In this document: one piece after another, positions 38,601-47,249 of the stretch
Layout: every line of letters begins with the position of its first letter
Position numbering within the stretch: the stretch's first letter is position 1
From: an uncultured Armatimonadetes bacterium
GTDB taxonomy: Bacteria; Armatimonadota; Hebobacteria; Hebobacterales; Hebobacteraceae
DNA: 64,000 bases
Assembly: GCA_963716175.1 (NCBI GenBank)
Contig: OY970296.1
Coordinates: 3,040,001-3,104,000, forward strand
Direction: 5' to 3'
Translations under genes and position numbers: made by a program
Notes under the pieces: model-generated
What the model was told of the DNA's origin: nothing
Databases searched by the model: none
Seen by the model: the letters and a program-made list of their open reading frames with translations, nothing else

Positions 38601-39550
38601 TGCCACTCGCTCCGCCTGGTCAAGGTCTGGATGCAGGCCAGCACATCTTGGATCGTCGCTTCCTGCGGGGTGAGGTAATGCACATTCGCAGTGGCGACCG
38701 TCGGCGCCTCCATCTCCTGCGCCAAGGCCGCCAGCTTGGCCACCTGCATCCGGTCCCGCTCGCCCTCCTCCAGCATAAGCTCAATGAAGAAGTTATCCTT
38801 CCCGAAGATCTCCTGGTAGCGCCGCACCGCCCGCCGCGCCCCTTCCATATCCTCCCGCCGCACCGCCGCCGACACCTCCCCAATCCGGCATCCCGAGAGC
38901 GCGATCACATCGGCCGCGCATTTCGCCAGAGTGGAGAAGCTGCAGCAAGGCGCTTTCCTCCACTGCGCGCCGATTGTGCTGATCATGTTGGGCAGGAGCT
39001 TGTCTCCTGCCCGGCCGTTGCCGTTCTGTAGGGCGGGGTCTCCTGACCCCGCCGCCTCCGCTTCCCGCAGCACCCGAGACTGTCCCGCGGCCACCCCTTT
39101 GTTGTCATCCTGAGCGCCAGCGAAGGATCTCGCCGTTCCGCCCCTCGCCTCTCTCAGCACCCGAAACTGTCCTGCGGTCACCCCTTTGTTGTCATCCTGA
39201 GCGCTAGCGAAGGATCTCGCCGTTCCGCCCCTCGCCTCTCTCAACACCCGAAACTGTCCCGCGGTCACCATCCGCGACAAATTCCCGTACCCCCTCTTCG
39301 AGGCCGCAACCACGGTGAGATGGTGCCCGCCCTCCGTGGTCAGCTCCACCCCCAGAATCGGCTTGATCCCCGCCGCCTTCGCCGCCTGGTAAAACCGCAC
39401 CGCTCCATACAGCCCATCGTGATCCGTCACTGCCAGCGCCGGCATCCCCAGCTCGGCCACCCGCGCCACCAACCGGTCCAGTCGGCAGGTGCTGTCGAGG
39501 AAGGAGAAGACGCTGTGGAGATGGAGATGAACGAAATCTCTAGCTGTCAT
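35668..39550 (-). CDS. dnaE2: Error-prone DNA polymerase III alpha-type DnaE2 (one-base frameshift near 37724; four repeat-derived insertion blocks)
   Basis: HLHSVFSFLD PHP, GRGSAADS, PDIDIDF, GFPRHLSVH, QFDKDD, YGFCKAHAASFA, NQPMGFY, RQRPP..VFITMEDE. Confidence 0.9.
36091..36294. repeat. In-frame REP cluster in dnaE2 C-terminal region
   Basis: GTCATTCTGAGCG..AGCGAAGAATCTC (36091-147), 83-bp composite (36161-243), GTAGGGCAGGTCCGCGACCTGCCC (36271-294). Confidence 0.85.
38079..38238. repeat. In-frame REP cluster in dnaE2
   Basis: 83-bp composite (38079-161), TGTAGGGCGGGCATGTCTCCGCATGCCCGCC (38175-205), GTGGGAGCCCCGTCCTCGGGGCGA (38215-238). Confidence 0.85.
38341..38424. repeat. In-frame REP cluster in dnaE2
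   Basis: Minus GTAGGGCAGGT[CCGCC..TGGCGG]CAACCTGCCC (38341-388); GTTTCGGGACTTCAGTCCCGAAAC (38401-424). Confidence 0.8.
38986..39270. repeat. In-frame REP cluster and 87-bp tandem repeat in dnaE2 PHP domain
   Basis: TGTTGGGCAGGAGCTTGTCTCCTGCCC, TGTAGGGCGGGGTCTCCTGACCCCGCC, and about 2.3 x 87 bp units starting 39071/39158/39245; the two full units contain GTCATCCTGAGCGCYAGCGAAGGATCTC. Confidence 0.9.
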
Positions 39551-39567
39551 CTGAGCCCGCCGTCGTT

Positions 39568-39594
39568 TGTAGGGGAGCCCCTCAGCGGGCTCCC
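39568..39594 (+). repeat. GTAG-type REP-like palindrome in dnaE2 5' UTR
   Basis: TGTAGGGGAGCCCCTCAGCGGGCTCCC. Confidence 0.7.
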
Positions 39595-39603
39595 TCCTGC
39601 CTG

Positions 39604-39632
39604 AACATAACGCAAACATACGTTTGTGTCAA
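39604..39632 (-). promoter_or_regulatory. dnaE2 promoter with LexA (SOS)-like operator
   Basis: Minus TTGACA-17 nt-TATGTT; palindrome CAAAC-ATAC-GTTTG (39613-39626) in the spacer, resembling GAAC-N4-GTTC. Confidence 0.75.
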
Positions 39633-39665
39633 GAGGCTGTGGAAACGACGTGGACAGCACGCCTG

Positions 39666-39691
39666 GTTGGGCAGGAGCTTGCCTCCTGCCC
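39666..39691 (+). repeat. REP-like palindrome (left flank of 39729..40418 gene)
   Basis: GTTGGGCAGGAGCTTGCCTCCTGCCC. Confidence 0.8.
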
Positions 39692-39728
39692 AGAGAACAC
39701 AACCTCACTGTCAAGGGGGAGGGCAAAC

Positions 39729-40418
39729 GTGGCGGCGAACGGTCTTCCTGGTTCGGGCGCACTCGAAGTCCCGCTCACTCAGGCTCAAGTCCAAGCTGCC
39801 AACCACCTTCACGAACGCATGGCTGGTTGGAGGCTATTCGACGGCGTCCTCTCCAGTTTAGCCGAACACTTCCCCAGCAACTGCGACCTGGCGCAAGTTC
39901 TTCCCAAAGCTATAACGCTCAACAGCCTATATGCCACAAGGATCATGGCCATCCAGCAGATGGCACACCACGTCGTGTCCACCTTCCAGGGCGGTTGCGA
40001 TGAGTCGAGCCCCGATCTTGTCGAGAAGCTAGCCGCGCTGTCGGATCTCGGACCGGCCAAGAAAACCAAGCGCTTTGTCAGCTTCGCCAGCAAGTACTGC
40101 CACTTCTTCGTTAACCGGGGCCGCTTCGCGATCCTCGATACCTATGCGTTCAGCGCCCTGTCGTTCCACATTGGCAAGAAGAGGCTAAGAGTTCACAGAT
40201 ACGAGGACTACCTTAACGCGGTGGACAGCCTTCGAGCCGGAGCCGGCCTGTTGTGCAACTACTCGGAACTGGATCACTACCTCTGGCTCCGCGGGCAATG
40301 GATGGCGTTCAGCCTGAACGAGAACGCTCCCATCAACGGAGAAGCAAGGGAGGTCTTTCAGACCCCAGATCCGGCAGTGCGTTCTCTGCGCGACCGCGCC
40401 TTTCCGCTCGGCCCGTAG
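39729..40418 (+). CDS. Hypothetical protein, possible helix-hairpin-helix glycosylase-like fold
   Basis: GGAGGG RBS then GTG; LNSLYAT, SFASKYCHF, AILDTY, LDHYLW motifs; visibly lower GC. Confidence 0.75.
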   Translation: MAANGLPGSGALEVPLTQAQVQAANHLHERMAGWRLFDGVLSSLAEHFPSNCDLAQVLPKAITLNSLYATRIMAIQQMAHHVVSTFQGGCDESSPDLVEKLAALSDLGPAKKTKRFVSFASKYCHFFVNRGRFAILDTYAFSALSFHIGKKRLRVHRYEDYLNAVDSLRAGAGLLCNYSELDHYLWLRGQWMAFSLNENAPINGEAREVFQTPDPAVRSLRDRAFPLGP

Positions 40419-40475
40419 GGCAGGAGCTTGCCTCCTGCCCCTGCTTGCTCCGCGCTCTCCGCGCCTCTGCGGTGA
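40415..40475 (+). repeat. REP-like palindrome over the stop codon plus CTCYGCG triplet element
   Basis: GTAGGGCAGGAGCTTGCCTCCTGCCC; CTCCGCGCTCTCCGCGCCTCTGCGGTGA. Confidence 0.75.
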
Positions 40476-40551
40476 TCCCACCCTTTCCCCAGCAGGCGTT
40501 CCGTGCTCCCCCTCCGAATCTACTGCCATCCCAAGGACATATCGTCAGCTC

Positions 40552-41409
40552 ATGCCCTCCCACACCAGCTCCCGCCTCTTTCTCGTCACCGCGGCTATCT
40601 TCTGGAGCATCAGCGGCGTCATCCTCAAGAATCTCCCCGATGTTCACTGGCTGGTGATCGCAGGCATGCGGTCCCTCTTCGCAGCCATCGTCTTCCTGCC
40701 CGGCCTGCGGCAGCCCCGCCTGCCGCTGGCGAAACTGCTCGCCGCCATCCTCTTCTTCGCCATCATCGTGGCCGCCTTGATGGGAGCGATGCAGCTTGGC
40801 ACTGCGGCCCAGGGGATCTGGCTTCACTTCACCGCGCCGGCCCTGGTCGCGCTCTGGGTCTGGCTGGTCCAGCGGCAGCGGCTGCGCCCCACCGAGATGC
40901 TGGCCGCGCTCCTGACCCTACTGGCCGTAGTGCTGATCGCCGGGGCAGGCGGAGGTCCGGCTCAGCGCGCCTCGCTCTTGCTCGGCCTCATCAGCGGCTT
41001 TGCTTTCGCTGCTTTCCTGCTCCTGCTCAAGAGCTTTGGCCCGGTGCCGGCGGCCTCCGTCCATCTCTGGGTCAATCTGGGCGCGGCCCTGCTCTTGCTC
41101 CCGCTCGCTTTCGCTTTCCGCGTCCCTTTCCCCACCGCGCCCCGCGATCTGGCCCTGCTCGCCGCCATGGGCATGGGCCAGTTGGGCATTGGTTACTACT
41201 TCTTCATGGCCGGGATCGGCGGGGCCACGGCAGTGGAGGCCTCCCTCATCGTCCTGCTGGAGCCCATCCTCAATCCCATCTGGGTCTACCTGCTGGTGGG
41301 TGAACTCCCCTCGCCCCGGGTGATCACCGGTTGCGCCCTCATCGCCTTCGGCCTGCTGGCCTTCGCCCTCACACCGGGCCGGCGCGAACCGCCTATCCCC
41401 GACGGTTGA
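40552..41409 (+). CDS. DMT/EamA family transporter
   Basis: About 10 TM segments; EASLIVLLEPILNPIWVYL..GE.P. Confidence 0.9.
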   Translation: MPSHTSSRLFLVTAAIFWSISGVILKNLPDVHWLVIAGMRSLFAAIVFLPGLRQPRLPLAKLLAAILFFAIIVAALMGAMQLGTAAQGIWLHFTAPALVALWVWLVQRQRLRPTEMLAALLTLLAVVLIAGAGGGPAQRASLLLGLISGFAFAAFLLLLKSFGPVPAASVHLWVNLGAALLLLPLAFAFRVPFPTAPRDLALLAAMGMGQLGIGYYFFMAGIGGATAVEASLIVLLEPILNPIWVYLLVGELPSPRVITGCALIAFGLLAFALTPGRREPPIPDG

Positions 41410-41422
41410 CCTCGCTGGCGCG

Positions 41423-41452
41423 GCGAGGCCGGCCCTTTCGGGCCGGCCTCGC
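41423..41452. terminator. Hairpin between convergent genes
   Basis: GCGAGGCCGGCCC-TTTC-GGGCCGGCCTCGC perfect 13-bp stem. Confidence 0.65.
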
Positions 41453-41503
41453 ACTCGGGCTCAGCTATGGGGTTGCCCGTTTCCCGTTCTGCCTATCCCA
41501 GTC

Positions 41504-42205
41504 TCACTTTGCTTTCTTTGGGGACGCCTTCGGCTTCTCCGGCGCGGGGGGCGCAGGTGGCGCGGGTGCTTCGGCCTTCTTCTGGCCCATCGAGCGGAGG
41601 CTGAGAATGGCCGGCAACGAACCCCCACCCGCGCTGGCGATCTGCCCCAGCAGTTCCCCGAGTGGCTTGGTCGTGGTCACCAGGCCCACCACCATCTCAT
41701 TCTTGCCGTTCACTGCGAAGAAGAGACCTTTGGCTTCCCGCGCCAGCATGATCGAGACTGTCGTGTTCCCTTGATCTCGCACCGTCAGTAAGGGAGACCA
41801 GCCAAACGGGCTCAGCAGACCGCTGTAGTACGCGAGGAAATCAGCTCCCTCAACCGGGCCCTTAGCCCTCATCACCAGGATAGTAACCCGGCTCAGGCTC
41901 TTGATCGCCTCTTTTGCCGGGTCAACCATCGGCGCCACCGCAGGCAGCATCGCCAGCGGCCCCTCGGCTGGCTTGCCCGACTCCTTCATTGCTTTCGCCT
42001 GTTCCTGCGCCTGTGCCGCCGCCGCGTCCAGTATGCCGCCGATCAACTGCATCGCCGCTTCCCCGTTCACATCCACCTGGGTCTTGACCTCGACGCCTTG
42101 GTAAACCAGTTGATCGCTGGCGATCTCCGCCCCAGCCGCCGCGGCCGCGCTCGCCGTCGCGACCGCCAGCGCCAACACTACTGCCAGCATCCTCACGTTG
42201 CGCAT
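41504..42205 (-). CDS. Secreted hypothetical protein
   Basis: Signal peptide, GAGGTG RBS, Pro/Lys-rich tail. Confidence 0.8.
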   Translation of the reverse strand: MRNVRMLAVVLALAVATASAAAAAGAEIASDQLVYQGVEVKTQVDVNGEAAMQLIGGILDAAAAQAQEQAKAMKESGKPAEGPLAMLPAVAPMVDPAKEAIKSLSRVTILVMRAKGPVEGADFLAYYSGLLSPFGWSPLLTVRDQGNTTVSIMLAREAKGLFFAVNGKNEMVVGLVTTTKPLGELLGQIASAGGGSLPAILSLRSMGQKKAEAPAPPAPPAPEKPKASPKKAK

Positions 42206-42307
42206 GCTCGCACCTCGCCTTTCCTCCCTGCCAGGAGGGTTATGGGATCACAGCTAGATACGGGAATTCGGGCCCGCGGGTTTCATCCTTATGTCCGCCT
42301 GCCGGCT

Positions 42308-42871
42308 TCAGGCCGGCACCTTGTCGAAGATCACCTCGCATGGCGCCCGATGGAGCAGCGCATCCGCGGTCCTTCCCCAGCCTGCGTGGCTGTGGTCCCG
42401 GCTTGGCCCCAGGCCGGTGACGATCACGTCGGCCCGGTGGTCTTTGACCGCCGCGATGATGCCATCCCCGGCGGTGCGGGCGCGCTGGACGATGGTGCGC
42501 GCGGGCAGGTTGTGCAGGGTGACCACCTGGCGGCCGATCTCCAGGGCTTCCCGGGCTTCTCTTTCGGTCTGCTCCAGCGGCGCCCCCAGGGGCAGTGTGC
42601 GCGGCACTTCGATCACATACACCAAGAGGATGGCGGCCTGCTGCTCTTGCGCCAGGCGGCAGGCCAGCTCCACTCCGCGTTGCGAGTGGGGGGCGCCGGT
42701 GGTGGGGACCAGGATGAGTCGTGCCATGTCCAGGGAGCGGCGGGCCTTGGCCACCAGTGGGGCGACCGGCCTGGGCACCCGGAACATCCACAACATCACC
42801 CCACCCATAGCCACCGCGAAGGCGATGGCTACCAGGACGCCCAGGGAGGAGGTGTGTACCGGGACTTCCAT
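42308..42871 (-). CDS. Universal stress protein with N-terminal TM anchor
   Basis: ILVPT...VYVIEVPRTLPL...ADVIVTG...GRTADALLHRAPCEV. Confidence 0.9.
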   Translation of the reverse strand: MEVPVHTSSLGVLVAIAFAVAMGGVMLWMFRVPRPVAPLVAKARRSLDMARLILVPTTGAPHSQRGVELACRLAQEQQAAILLVYVIEVPRTLPLGAPLEQTEREAREALEIGRQVVTLHNLPARTIVQRARTAGDGIIAAVKDHRADVIVTGLGPSRDHSHAGWGRTADALLHRAPCEVIFDKVPA

Positions 42872-43068
42872 CAAGAGGCTCGATTCGCTCGCAGGGCGCG
42901 CAGGATGTACCGCGCCCGGTAGAGCCCGTATCCCACGAAGGCAAACGCGAGCACATAGCTCTCAATCGGCGCGCTCAGCAGCGCGCACCGCGCCAGCATC
43001 ACCACCCCGATCAAGATGAAGAGCACGGTGGTCGCGATCTGGTACTTGTCACGCCAGCTGAGCTTCAT
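42871..43068 (-). CDS. Small 2-TM membrane protein
   Basis: MKLSWRDKYQIATTVLFILIGVVMLARC...; translationally coupled to flanking genes. Confidence 0.7.
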   Translation of the reverse strand: MKLSWRDKYQIATTVLFILIGVVMLARCALLSAPIESYVLAFAFVGYGLYRARYILRALRANRAS

Positions 43069-44675
43069 GGCGCGGTGTCCATCCTCGCTCGATCCCGTGC
43101 CGCCAGCGCCCCGCGATAGCGCTCCAGCAGATCGTACTCCTCTGCGCTCTCGAGCACTTCCTGCTGCTGTCCCTCCCAATCATGGGGAAGCGAACGCCAC
43201 ACGGGAAGCTTGCTCCGGTAGCGATAGATAGTGTAGTAGAGGAAGCAGGCCAGCAGCCACGAGGGCCCGGCGATCCGGCCGATCTCGTGAGTCGCCACCA
43301 CCATGAACAGGATGAGGCTGACCCCGAGCGTCCCGAAGATCGCCAGTACCGGGAACTCGACCGTCTGTCCACCCCGCCGCAGCTTGAGGTTCAGCGGGAC
43401 CTTGTAAGGGCGGGGAGAGAAGGGGTCGGTGAAACGCAACCGGATCAGCGAGATGAACACCAACAGATAGCCCGTGCTGGCCCCGAACGCGTACATGTTA
43501 CCCAGTATCTCCAGCGCCCGATTCCTTCCCGCCAGAAATGCCAGCACGATCTCCAGGATGCCGATGCTGGAGAAGATGAGGATGGTCCGGGCCGGAGTGC
43601 GATAGCGAGGATGCACCACGTCAAACCACTGGCTGATGAACTGGAACCGGCTCATGGAGAAAGTGAGCCGGGAGGCGCTCATCACCCCCGAGTTAGCGCT
43701 GATCAGCAAGATGGTGGCCCCGAGCATAGCAGCAAACGGCCCGGCGACGATCCCGATGTAGGGAATGTGGCGCGCCAGCATCGCCACCGGGTCTCCCTCC
43801 CGGCCCTGGAATGCTTGCCAGGGCAGCACGCCCAGGCTCAAGCTGGAGAAGGCGGTGGCGAAGAAGAACACCGTCAGGATGAGGGAGATGGAGGTCCGCG
43901 GCACGATGCTGGCCGGCCGGCGCGTCTCCTGCGCCGCCTGAGAGATGGATTCCAGCCCCACGAAGGAGATGATCGCCAGGCTGGCGCCGTAGGCGAACCG
44001 GTGCCAGTTCCAGTGCGCGATCTCGACGTGCCACTGGTGGGCGAGAAGCTCCGGCCGCCAGGCGAAGAGAAAACCAAAGATGATGATGCTGGACTCAGAG
44101 ACGATGTCCACTGCTCCCAGCACCTCGTTCAAGAGCGAGGACTCGCGCATGCCCTTGATATTCAGCAGGATCAACAGGATCACCAGCACCACCGCCTCCG
44201 CACACCAGATGATGGCCACATCGTGGAAGGGCCCGATGCTGACGCTGATCTTGCCCAGCGCGGGGAAGAGGAAGTTGATATACCCGGAGGAGGCCACCGC
44301 GAACAGAGCGATATCTATGGTGTAGTCCAGCAGCAGCGCCGAGCCAGCCATGAAGCCCCAGAAATCACCCAGACCGCGCAAGGCGAAATACTGACCCCCG
44401 CCCGCCACCGGGTAGGTTGCCGCCAGCTCGGTGTAGGCCAACCCGATCATGATGTAGATCAGGCCGGCCAGCGCGAACGCCGCCACCGCACCGCCTTGCG
44501 CGGCGGCGATCACCAATCCCAGCGCGGCGTAGATGTCGGCGCCGACATCGGCGTATCCCCACATATAGGAGCCCCAGATGGTGACCTCGCGCCGCAGGTC
44601 CAGAGAAGGCCTGCCGGCGGTCAGCCCGGGTCCCCCATCGGCTTCTGCTTGCGCTCTCGGTACGGAATCAGACAT
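43065..44675 (-). CDS. APC-family permease
   Basis: GYADVGADIY, YTELAATYPVAGG, SFVGLESISQAAQE; about 12 TM. Confidence 0.92.
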   Translation of the reverse strand: MSDSVPRAQAEADGGPGLTAGRPSLDLRREVTIWGSYMWGYADVGADIYAALGLVIAAAQGGAVAAFALAGLIYIMIGLAYTELAATYPVAGGGQYFALRGLGDFWGFMAGSALLLDYTIDIALFAVASSGYINFLFPALGKISVSIGPFHDVAIIWCAEAVVLVILLILLNIKGMRESSLLNEVLGAVDIVSESSIIIFGFLFAWRPELLAHQWHVEIAHWNWHRFAYGASLAIISFVGLESISQAAQETRRPASIVPRTSISLILTVFFFATAFSSLSLGVLPWQAFQGREGDPVAMLARHIPYIGIVAGPFAAMLGATILLISANSGVMSASRLTFSMSRFQFISQWFDVVHPRYRTPARTILIFSSIGILEIVLAFLAGRNRALEILGNMYAFGASTGYLLVFISLIRLRFTDPFSPRPYKVPLNLKLRRGGQTVEFPVLAIFGTLGVSLILFMVVATHEIGRIAGPSWLLACFLYYTIYRYRSKLPVWRSLPHDWEGQQQEVLESAEEYDLLERYRGALAARDRARMDTAP

Positions 44676-44767
44676 CACTCAACTCAGTCTGGGCCGGCAA
44701 TGCCAGTGCCCAACAGCGGGTCCGCAAGGGGAAGCATCGGTCGGGCCAGGGTGCGCTGCCGCCCCGG

Positions 44768-45331
44768 TTACTCCAGCACCCGGTCGAATATCACCTCACA
44801 GGGCGCACGGTGGAGCAGGGCGTCTGCCGTGTGGCCCCAACCTAGGTGGCCGTGATCCCGGCCTGCGCCCAGGCCGGTGACTATCAGGTCAACTCGATGG
44901 TCCTTGGCAGCGGCGACAATGCCATCCCCGGCGGTGCGGGCGCGCTGCACGATGGTGCGGGCGGGCAGCTCGTGGAGGGTGACCACCTGGTGCCCGATCT
45001 CCAGCGCCTCCCGCGCCTCTTGCTCGGCCTTCTCCAGGGGGGCGCCCAGGGGCAGGGTGCGCGGCACCTCGATGACATAGACCAGGAGGATGGCCGCGCG
45101 GTGCTCCTGGGCCAGGCGGCACGCCAGCTCCACCCCGCGCTGGGAGTACGGCGAGCCGGTGGTGGGGACCAGGATCACCCGGGCCAGGTCCAGCGAGCGG
45201 CGGGCCTTCGCCACTACCGGGGCGACCGGCCGGGGCACCCTGAACATCCACAGCATCAAGGCTCCCAGTGCCACCCCGAACCCGAGGGCGATCAGGATCC
45301 CAGCCAGCGAGGTTTGAATGTGAGGGATCAT
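44768..45331 (-). CDS. Universal stress protein with N-terminal TM anchor (paralog)
   Basis: Near-identical to 42308..42871; start MIPHIQTS. Confidence 0.88.
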   Translation of the reverse strand: MIPHIQTSLAGILIALGFGVALGALMLWMFRVPRPVAPVVAKARRSLDLARVILVPTTGSPYSQRGVELACRLAQEHRAAILLVYVIEVPRTLPLGAPLEKAEQEAREALEIGHQVVTLHELPARTIVQRARTAGDGIVAAAKDHRVDLIVTGLGAGRDHGHLGWGHTADALLHRAPCEVIFDRVLE

Positions 45332-45389
45332 GGGCAGGTCCAGCAGGTGGTCGCTGCTGGCGGAGCGCGCTCCAGCGGCCGCAGCGACC

Positions 45390-47006
45390 TTACCCTGGCT
45401 CTCCTTCTCGCGCCCGGTCCCGGGCCGCCAGCGCCGCCCGGTAGCGTTCCAGTAGATCGAACTCCTCTGCATCCCGGAGCACTTCCTGCTGTTGCGCCTC
45501 CCAATCGTGAGGCACGCTGCGGAAGACGGGCAACTGGTGTCGGCTCCGGTACCAGGCATAGTAAGCGAAGCAAGCGACAATCCAGGCCGGCCCGGCGATG
45601 CGGCCGATGGCGTGGGTCAATATGACCATGAACAGAATGGCCCCGATCCCTGCGGCGCCGATCACCGCCATGATCGGGAACTCGTAGCTCTGCCCGCGCA
45701 GCCGGAGGCGAAGGTTGAGCGGCACCTTGTAGGGCCGAGGGGAAAAAGGGTCAATGAAGCGCAAGCGGATCAACGCGATGAACACCAGCAGGTAGCCCGT
45801 GCTGGCGCCGAAGGCATACATATTCCCCAGCGTATCCATCGCCCTGGGGCCGGTGAGGGAGGCGAGGATCACCTGCAAGGCGGCAATGCCGGAGAAGATG
45901 AAGATGGTGCGGGCCGGAGTTCGATACTTGGCGTGTACCGCGTTGAACCACTGGTCAATGAAGTGGAAGCGGCTCATGGAGTAGGTCAGCCGGGAGGCTG
46001 ACATCACCCCGGAGTTGGCCGAGATCAGCAGGATCAGCGCGCCCAGCACCGCGGTGAGCGGGCCGGCGATGTACCCGATGTACGGCATGGCATGGGCCAG
46101 CACGGCCACGGGGTTGTCCTGGTGTTTGCCCAGCAGTTGCCACGGATGCACCAGGTTGCCCTCGGCCGGGATCTGCATTCCCAGGCCGAGAGTGGCGAAG
46201 GCGGTGGCGAACAAGAAGACGCTGAAGATCAGGGCGATGGAGGTGCGGGGCACGATGGTGGCCGGCCGCCGGGTCTCCTGCGCCGCCTGGGAGATGGACT
46301 CCAGTCCTACGAAAGAGATGATGGCCAGCGAGGTGCCGTACATGAAATTCGAGGTGCTGGGGAATTGGTGCAGCCACTGGAAGGTGAAGATCTCGGGCCG
46401 CCACGCCGCCACGAAGCCGAACAGCACAATGCCGGCCTCGCTCGCGATCACCAGCACTCCGATCACCTCGTTCAGCAGCGACGACTCCCGAATCCCGCGG
46501 ATGTTCAGCCACACCAGGAATACGATCAGCACCAGAGACTCGCTCATCCAGACATACGGGATGTTGTGGAAGGGGCCGAAGCTGACCACGAGATCGCTGA
46601 TCTTGACCCCGAATAGGTACGGGAGGAAGAAGTTCACATACCCCGCGCAGGCCACCGTGAACAGCGCAATGTCTATGGTGTAATCCAGTAGCAGCGCCGA
46701 GCCGGCCACGAACCCCCAGAAATCGCCCAGACCGCGCAGGGCGAAGTATTGGCCGCCTCCGGCCACGGGATAGGTGGCCGCCAGCTCGGTGTAGGCCAGG
46801 CCGATCATGATGTAGACCAGGCCGGCCAGGGCGAAGGCCAGGCTGGTAGCGCCCTGAGCGTAGGCCATCACCAGCCCCAGGGCGACGTAGCTGTCGGCCC
46901 CCACGTCCGCAAACCCCCACATATAGGAGCCCCAGACGGTGACATCGCGTCGGAGCCCCTCGTCAGTGCCACCCCCAGCGGGCAGCGGTCCTCTCTGAGC
47001 GCTCAT
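45390..47006 (-). CDS. APC-family permease (paralog)
   Basis: Same motifs as 43065..44675. Confidence 0.92.
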   Translation of the reverse strand: MSAQRGPLPAGGGTDEGLRRDVTVWGSYMWGFADVGADSYVALGLVMAYAQGATSLAFALAGLVYIMIGLAYTELAATYPVAGGGQYFALRGLGDFWGFVAGSALLLDYTIDIALFTVACAGYVNFFLPYLFGVKISDLVVSFGPFHNIPYVWMSESLVLIVFLVWLNIRGIRESSLLNEVIGVLVIASEAGIVLFGFVAAWRPEIFTFQWLHQFPSTSNFMYGTSLAIISFVGLESISQAAQETRRPATIVPRTSIALIFSVFLFATAFATLGLGMQIPAEGNLVHPWQLLGKHQDNPVAVLAHAMPYIGYIAGPLTAVLGALILLISANSGVMSASRLTYSMSRFHFIDQWFNAVHAKYRTPARTIFIFSGIAALQVILASLTGPRAMDTLGNMYAFGASTGYLLVFIALIRLRFIDPFSPRPYKVPLNLRLRLRGQSYEFPIMAVIGAAGIGAILFMVILTHAIGRIAGPAWIVACFAYYAWYRSRHQLPVFRSVPHDWEAQQQEVLRDAEEFDLLERYRAALAARDRAREGEPG

Positions 47007-47067
47007 TCCTCGGACAAGTCCAACCTACTGCGGTTCCTCTCCTGCCATTGCCGGAGAAAGTCCGTTG

Positions 47068-47095
47068 AGTATAGGTCTTGGCCGGTAGCTGTCAA
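47068..47095 (-). promoter_or_regulatory. Sigma70-type promoter for the APC/USP operon
   Basis: Minus TTGACA-16 nt-TATACT. Confidence 0.6.
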
Positions 47096-47249
47096 GCCCC
47101 GCTGCCACCGGCTTCTCTGCTCAAGCTGTGAAACCTGCGGATCGTAAGCCGCGCCTTGATTGCCCGCGCCCGGCCATTGTGGTATCCTCTCTCCGCTGGG
47201 CAGGGCGCCGGAGGCGACCTGCCCCTCTCGTTCGAGGTTCGCGCCGACC

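Noticed and set aside
36085-39255. DnaE2 inserts as inteins or self-splicing introns
   Set aside because: Too short, no intein C/S...HN termini, no group I/II features; composed of dispersed palindromes
39071-39270. 87-bp repeats as a CRISPR array
   Set aside because: No unique spacers, only about 2 units, in frame within a CDS, no cas genes
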